Source of the DNA: a virus
Lineage: Duplodnaviria > Caudoviricetes
Length of the DNA: 62,724 nucleotides
Virus record (IMG/VR): IMGVR_UViG_3300037262_000044
Span: 1-62,724 of that record
Reading direction: 5' to 3' (one strand)
In this document: positions 57,824 to 62,724 of the stretch, in pieces
How positions within the stretch are numbered: position 1 is the first letter of the stretch
Layout of the letters: each line of letters opens with the position of its first letter
Notes under the pieces: generated by a model
Told to the model about the DNA's origin: nothing
Database searches by the model: none
Seen by the model: the letters and a program-made list of their open reading frames with translations, nothing else
Made by a program: the position numbers and the translations under genes

Positions 57824-58161
57824 AACCTCTCTTTATCATCCTCAAAGGCGAATACTTCCACCAGATCGCCGCCGGCACCAAGACCGAAGAATACCGCATC
57901 ACTTCCGACTACTGGGCCAAAAAGATCATTGATCGCCATTACTCGCGCATCGTCTTCCAGCTCGGCTACTCGGCCACCGCTCCCAGAATGACCGTCGAAT
58001 ATTTGGGATACAAGAAAAAAGTCATACCTTCCGTTGTCTATAACGGTCAGGTTGAAGTCTTTGCGCTGAAACTAGGCCAAATCACCGAAATCAGCAATTA
58101 TGCAGGACACGGGAAAGCCACGGGAGAAGAGAAAAGATGTCGGACCGGGCAAACCGCCTAA
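57820..58161 (+). CDS. ASCH-domain protein
   Basis: LKGEYF..I..G.K.EEYR....YW. Confidence 0.8.
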   Translation: MKPLFIILKGEYFHQIAAGTKTEEYRITSDYWAKKIIDRHYSRIVFQLGYSATAPRMTVEYLGYKKKVIPSVVYNGQVEVFALKLGQITEISNYAGHGKATGEEKRCRTGQTA

Positions 58162-58513
58162 AGACAAGCAGTTCAGTTCCACGCGGCAACCGACTCCCCA
58201 GGCGAAAAGCAACGGGCTACTGAAAAAGAAAACCGGCGTGGAACTGGCCCGGGCAATATTGCAACTCTCGTTTGAAGGCGCGAAAGATTCGCCACTCAAA
58301 AAAGCCGCCGCAGATTACTTCAAAATCTCCGAGCAAGAAATCACGGTCGAAATGATGTTGATGTTCCGCCAGGCCGAGAAGGCGGTTCAAAAAGGCGATA
58401 CACGGGCCTTTGAAGCGGTCATGGATCGGGCGTTTGGCAAGCCAAAGCAGGAAACTAAGATAAATGGCACTCTTGATCTTAATCTTTCCGATCTGTCAAT
58501 CACTTTCAAATAA
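58100..58513 (+). CDS. terS: Terminase small subunit
   Basis: VG.GKPPK..QF, KA.KGD.RA...MDR.FGKPKQ; upstream of TerL. Confidence 0.7.
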   Translation: MQDTGKPREKRKDVGPGKPPKDKQFSSTRQPTPQAKSNGLLKKKTGVELARAILQLSFEGAKDSPLKKAAADYFKISEQEITVEMMLMFRQAEKAVQKGDTRAFEAVMDRAFGKPKQETKINGTLDLNLSDLSITFK

Positions 58514-59154
58514 TGAAGTTAAAGGACATTAAGGGACAACGTTTCGGTAAGCTTTCTGTTATCGAATATGCCGGCAAGAATCGAACTTCCGCACAATGGC
58601 TTTGTGAATGCGATTGCGGAAACATTTGCATTGTAGTTGGAAATAAATTAAGATCCGGCCATACCAAAAGTTGTTCATGTGGACAAAAAGAAGCGGCCAG
58701 TATCGGCAATTTCATTCATGGCATGAAAGATACATCAGAATATGGAAGTTGGCAAGCCATGAAAGAAAGGTGTTATAACCCGAATAGCGCTAGTTACCAA
58801 TATTATGGAGGCAAGGGCATCATCGTTTGCCCTGAATGGAAAGATGATTTTTTAGCGTTTTTTGCTGACATGGGGCTAAAACCAGATCCATCCTATACAA
58901 TAGAGCGAACGTATAATTCATTGAATTATGGGCCAGAGAACTGTTATTGGGCCTCTAAGATGGCGCAAGGGGCTAATACTTCGAGAAATAGAAGGATTTC
59001 ATTTAATGGCGAAGTGAAAATACTTGCAGAATGGATGAGGTATTTCCAAGTTTCCCCTCAATATTTTTACATATTAGAACGAAAAAACGGAGTTGAAGGC
59101 GCATTTTCAATCCTTTATGCCAAAAGTAATCGTAGAATCTCTACAGCCATATAA
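58513..59154 (+). CDS. HNH homing endonuclease
   Basis: GQRFGKL.V, WLCECDCG, SCSCG, W.AMK.RC.NP, YGGKGI.VC.EW, Y.PENC.WA. Confidence 0.9.
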   Translation: MKLKDIKGQRFGKLSVIEYAGKNRTSAQWLCECDCGNICIVVGNKLRSGHTKSCSCGQKEAASIGNFIHGMKDTSEYGSWQAMKERCYNPNSASYQYYGGKGIIVCPEWKDDFLAFFADMGLKPDPSYTIERTYNSLNYGPENCYWASKMAQGANTSRNRRISFNGEVKILAEWMRYFQVSPQYFYILERKNGVEGAFSILYAKSNRRISTAI

Positions 59155-60505
59155 GCCTCTTTATGATCTGCCGATCGATACCAATCTAATTATTCTCATC
59201 GGCGGCCGTGGGTCTGGCAAGACTTATGAAGCCTCAAAATGGATAACCTTTCAAGCTTGTATCAAGAAAAAGCGCTGCGTAATTCTGCGGGACGAAAAAG
59301 CCCTAATCCGGGAAAGTATCCTAAATGAAGTCATGTTGAGATATGAGACTGCCAATGAAAGCGGTGTCTTAGACCGGTTTTATCAAAAATTAGAAACTGG
59401 CATAAAAGACATGCAATCATCTGAAATGTTGGTATTTACAAAAGGTTTTCGTGCCAGTAGAACAGACAAAAAGGCACATATGAAATCTATATCCAACATC
59501 GATTATTGCATTATCGAAGAAATGGAGGATATTGTTGATCAAGACGCGTTTAACTCCCTTGTTGATGGAATCAGGAATGAAGGGAGTATTGTCATGCTTA
59601 TTCTGAATACTCCACACATTTCACATTTTGTTATTACTCGGTATTTTACCCTTGAAAAGGTCGAAGACGGTTATTACGACGTTATCCCCAAACAAATCCC
59701 CGGCCTGGTCGTCATCAAAACCAATTTTGAGGATAATCCATATTTGCCACCGACGATCGTCGAACGGTATAAGGCCTATGGGGATCCCGCCAGCCATCTA
59801 TTCAACAAGCATTACTACCTGACGGCCATCAAGGGCCTGGCCAGCACCGGCCGCAAAGGACAAATATTCAGCGGGTGGAAGAGCATTACCAATCAGCAGT
59901 TCAACGAGATTGATGCCCGGTCCATCTTCGGGCAGGACTTCGGAACTACTTCACCCGCTGCCCTGGTGGAGGCAAAGATCATCAACAACCGGATTTACAT
60001 CCGCCAACACAGTTACGTGGGCATGACCGAAAAACAGATCGGAATCCTCTATTGCCGGCTGGGAATCAAAGAAGAGGTGATCATCGCGGACTCCGCCGAA
60101 CCCATGGCGATACGCCGCCTGCGGTCTGGCTGGTCACTCAGTGAGCTATCGGACGAAGAGCGGGCGGATTATGCCGCATGGCAGGGAGAGGCGCTTAAAC
60201 CGGCTGTAATGACCCCACACGCTGTGCCTGTTGAGATAAAACCATGGAAATATGCCCGGCTTTTGACCGGGTTTCACATCTTCCCGGCATTCAAAGGCCC
60301 CGGAACGGTGATTGCGGGGATCAAAAAGGTAATGGATTATGAGGTGTTCGTGACCGAAGATTCGACGGATATTTGGTTTGAATACGCGAATTATGTATGG
60401 GCTGTAGACCGGCATGGCTTAACCCTGGATGAGCCGGAAGATGCCCATAATCATTGCGCTGACTGCATCAGGTACCTAATCTCTGGTAAAGGAAGATACT
60501 ATTAA
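59117..60505 (+). CDS. terL: Terminase large subunit (PBSX-type)
   Basis: GGRGSGKT Walker A, IIEE Walker B, ILN, DNPYL, GQDFG, ADSAEP, D.HNHCAD.IRY. Confidence 0.93.
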   Translation: MPKVIVESLQPYKPLYDLPIDTNLIILIGGRGSGKTYEASKWITFQACIKKKRCVILRDEKALIRESILNEVMLRYETANESGVLDRFYQKLETGIKDMQSSEMLVFTKGFRASRTDKKAHMKSISNIDYCIIEEMEDIVDQDAFNSLVDGIRNEGSIVMLILNTPHISHFVITRYFTLEKVEDGYYDVIPKQIPGLVVIKTNFEDNPYLPPTIVERYKAYGDPASHLFNKHYYLTAIKGLASTGRKGQIFSGWKSITNQQFNEIDARSIFGQDFGTTSPAALVEAKIINNRIYIRQHSYVGMTEKQIGILYCRLGIKEEVIIADSAEPMAIRRLRSGWSLSELSDEERADYAAWQGEALKPAVMTPHAVPVEIKPWKYARLLTGFHIFPAFKGPGTVIAGIKKVMDYEVFVTEDSTDIWFEYANYVWAVDRHGLTLDEPEDAHNHCADCIRYLISGKGRYY

Positions 60506-60545
60506 ATAATGCTCAAAGATACATAATTACTTTGTAAATTGAAGC

Positions 60546-61211
60546 ATGAAAAATAATGAAAAAATTCCTGCCGGATGCATTATCAAATATGGCCAAGATG
60601 AATACCCTTTCCAGGAATTCAATGGCAAAAGATATCATCTTTACACTGGCGAACGATATTATTCCAGGGGCACAAAAAGGCTTCATGTAACTATATATAA
60701 ATTCTATTACGGGGCCGTCCCGAAAGGATATCATGTTCACCATAAAGACGAAAACCCACTCAACAATCATCCGCTAAATTTGGAAATGATGCTTGGAAGG
60801 GATCACCTGGCATATCACATGAAGGATAGAGATAAGGAAGAAATGCGTAAAACAATGAACTATGCCAGAACTTTTGCAGACAAATGGCATGGAACTGAAG
60901 AGGGGCTGGCATGGCATCGGGCGCACGCAAAAAACTCCTTGAAGAAAAAAGAGGTTCATAAAATATGCGCTAACTGCGGAAAGCCATTTAAGACTATTGC
61001 CGTCAACGATAAGGGGCATGCCAAATTTTGTTCCGACAATTGTAAAAATACCTCTCGTTTCAGAAGCGGAGTGGATAATATTGAAACGACTTGTCCAATA
61101 TGCGGAAAGAAAAAAATGCGAAACAAATATTCAAAATCAGTTACTTGCGGGAAATCATGCGGCCGGAAACTATTAAAACAGCGTAAAGCTAATTCAGTCT
61201 CAACTCCTTAA
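60546..61211 (+). CDS. HNH homing endonuclease with C-terminal zinc ribbons
   Basis: RLH...G.VPKGYHVHHKD.N.LNN...NL; CANCGK, FCSDNC, CPICGK. Confidence 0.88.
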   Translation: MKNNEKIPAGCIIKYGQDEYPFQEFNGKRYHLYTGERYYSRGTKRLHVTIYKFYYGAVPKGYHVHHKDENPLNNHPLNLEMMLGRDHLAYHMKDRDKEEMRKTMNYARTFADKWHGTEEGLAWHRAHAKNSLKKKEVHKICANCGKPFKTIAVNDKGHAKFCSDNCKNTSRFRSGVDNIETTCPICGKKKMRNKYSKSVTCGKSCGRKLLKQRKANSVSTP

Positions 61212-61497
61212 ACCCGATTTCCTCCTTTTCCCACAAAAGCATGTCCGCTTCCGCCGGCCGGAAGCGCTTCACATCAAACCACCAGGTTCCATCATCGTAG
61301 AGCCTCCCGCAGCCGCAAACAACCTGGAACCGCACCCGATCCAGGGTTATCCCCACATCCACGAAGATCGCCCCGCAGCGGCAGCGTTTAAGCCCCTGGA
61401 CGCGGTATTCGGTCCCCCTGGTGAGCGGGCATCGGAGGATGTCCGTTTTGAGGGTCCGATTGTTGACGCAAAGAATGAGCTGGGAGAGGCTGATCAT
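61189..61497 (-). CDS. Hypothetical Cys-rich protein
   Basis: CRCG and CGCG motifs; ATG at 61497. Confidence 0.55.
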   Translation of the reverse strand: MISLSQLILCVNNRTLKTDILRCPLTRGTEYRVQGLKRCRCGAIFVDVGITLDRVRFQVVCGCGRLYDDGTWWFDVKRFRPAEADMLLWEKEEIGFKELRLN

Positions 61498-61528
61498 GGC
61501 CCGAAAATAAAGAAAAGCGCAAGAATTA

Positions 61529-61560
61529 TTTGATAATTGAATATTTACCATTTACTTTTA
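61529..61560 (+). promoter_or_regulatory. Bacteroidota-type promoter (variant -7 box)
   Basis: TTTG (61529-61532), 20 nt spacer, TACTTTTA (61553-61560). Confidence 0.55.
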
Positions 61561-61585
61561 CGATTACATTAAAACTCAAATCTCA

Positions 61586-62209
61586 ATGGACAAAATGACC
61601 ATTCACCGCGCACTCAGCGAGTTAAAGCTGATCGACGCGAAGATCGAAAAGGCAACTGCCCAGGTAAATCCGTCCGGTATCTATCAGAAGGGTCGGCATA
61701 TCAACGGCTCCATCCCAGAGGAAGATTTCAAGACCTTGGCGCAATCGACCTACGATTCCTGCATCGGGCTGATGGGCCGCAAAACCGCTATCAAATCGGC
61801 TATCGTTCAATCAAATGGGAAAACGACCGTTAAGATCGGCGACAAGGTAATGACCGTTGCCGACGCCATTACCGCCAAAGCGATCATTAAGTTCAAAAAG
61901 GCGTTCATAGCCAATTTGACCAACCGGCACCGTGCCCAGGTAGCAGCGTTGAACACCAACAACTCGGTAGTGATGCAGAATGCCCAAAAACTTCTGGAAG
62001 CCGCTATGGGGAAGGATAACACGAAGGTGACGAAGGAGGACGTCGAGGCAATCCGCAAGCCTTTTATCGACAACAACGAATTCCACTTGTTCGACCCGCT
62101 GAAGATCGAAGACAAAATCAAGGTCCTGGAAAAAGAGGTCGGCGACTTCGAGGCGGATGTCGATGCGGTCCTGTCCGAGTCCAACGCCGTGACATTCATT
62201 GAATTCTAA
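61586..62209 (+). CDS. Coiled-coil hairpin protein of unknown function (loosely DIP1984-like)
   Basis: MTIHRALSELKLIDAKI...MTVADAI..K...DPL...DVDAVLSESNA.T.IEF. Confidence 0.8.
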   Translation: MDKMTIHRALSELKLIDAKIEKATAQVNPSGIYQKGRHINGSIPEEDFKTLAQSTYDSCIGLMGRKTAIKSAIVQSNGKTTVKIGDKVMTVADAITAKAIIKFKKAFIANLTNRHRAQVAALNTNNSVVMQNAQKLLEAAMGKDNTKVTKEDVEAIRKPFIDNNEFHLFDPLKIEDKIKVLEKEVGDFEADVDAVLSESNAVTFIEF

Positions 62210-62212
62210 CAA

Positions 62213-62546
62213 TATTGGCCGGTCTTACGAAAATGGTAAATTCTATTCCCGCTGATCCTTCTGGGTTAAAAAGGATCATCCAATTGTTAACTGGACAATC
62301 TTTGTATTCTAGGTTCGAATCCTGGCATCGGTCTTAAAAACCGACGTGGCGGAACGGTAAACGCAAAAGACAAACAACCTAAAAGCTCACGGCTCAAAGG
62401 TTAAAGGTCAAACCTCACCGCTCAAAGTTCTTTCCGATCAAAGATGAAACCTTAAAACGCAAAGCTCTTTCAAACCCTGTATAAATTTTCATGGGGACTA
62501 ATAGATCACCCCTGCCGTTTGATCCAGGCTGTAGGATCGGCCAATA
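62213..62546 (+). ncRNA. Candidate structured ncRNA with a permuted tRNA-like domain and heptamer repeats
   Basis: 62213-62228 pairs with 62531-62546 (16 bp, two G-U); internal hairpins; T-arm and D-arm motifs; no ORF of 60 aa or more. Confidence 0.75.
62375..62467 (+). repeat. Degenerate 7-nt tandem repeat (consensus about AAAGCTC)
   Basis: About 12 units read directly, with one 9-nt interruption. Confidence 0.8.
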
Positions 62547-62565
62547 CTTTTTAAAAATATTAACT

Positions 62566-62724
62566 ATGTGGGGAGAAAAATTTCATAGCAGTCAAAAGGT
62601 GTACGTGATCTATCACAACGTATATATCGCTGGCATCCATGTATTTCAACCGCCTGCACCCGGAGTCATTCTATGGCGGCATCCTGTTCGCAAAAAGCAC
62701 CATTTCGCCACTGATGAAGAAGGT
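62566..62724 (+). CDS. 5' part of the junction-spanning hypothetical gene
   Basis: In frame with 2..355. Confidence 0.65.
   Translation, partial: MWGEKFHSSQKVYVIYHNVYIAGIHVFQPPAPGVILWRHPVRKKHHFATDEEG
62598..62724. repeat. 127-bp terminal direct repeat, right copy
   Basis: Identical to 1-127. Confidence 0.95.

Noticed and set aside
59117-60505. Intein or intron in terL
   Set aside because: The ORF is continuous; the insertion is short and lacks C...HN splice motifs.
62299-62370. Canonical tRNA gene
   Set aside because: The T arm precedes the D arm, the acceptor stem is loop-closed, and there is no anticodon loop or CCA end.
62375-62467. CRISPR or other guide-RNA array
   Set aside because: Units are 7 nt with no repeat-spacer alternation, and no cas-like gene is present.
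62213-62546. Firm Y RNA (YrlA) or tmRNA call
   Set aside because: No Ro60/TROVE gene, only a partial CGAA resemblance to the Ro-binding motif, and no tag reading frame or Ala acceptor; kept as an analogy.
62598-62724. Biological direct terminal repeat
   Set aside because: Exactly 127 bp, falls mid-gene and equals a usual assembler k-mer; treated as circular overlap.

Overview
The window looks like a complete, circularly assembled dsDNA tailed-phage genome of about 62.6 kb. Bases 1-127 are repeated exactly at 62598-62724, and one ORF runs across that junction. The layout is siphovirus-like: HK97-type portal, protease and capsid, neck and tail genes, a long tape measure, and a PBSX-type TerL. 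TTTG-N20-TAnnTTTG promoters, AT-rich starts without Shine-Dalgarno sites and Gln-ending signal peptides point to a Bacteroidota host (inference). Modules are: accessory genes with a Thg1-like enzyme (1-3057); a minus-strand glycosyltransferase/methyltransferase cassette (3077-7958); head and tail (8168-34111); lysis (34108-38070); early, recombination and replication genes (38271-57197); and packaging (57281-61211). I found no integrase, DNA polymerase, CRISPR array or canonical tRNA. The most striking unexplained element is 61529-62548: a 207-aa coiled-coil gene followed at once by a ~335-nt structured RNA. That RNA is closed by a 16-bp terminal helix and contains a circularly permuted tRNA-like domain plus a tract of 7-nt periodic repeats. 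Second, two very large tail-locus proteins carry Sec signal peptides and many Bacteroidota O-glycosylation sequons. All family calls come from reading motifs by eye, not from database searches.
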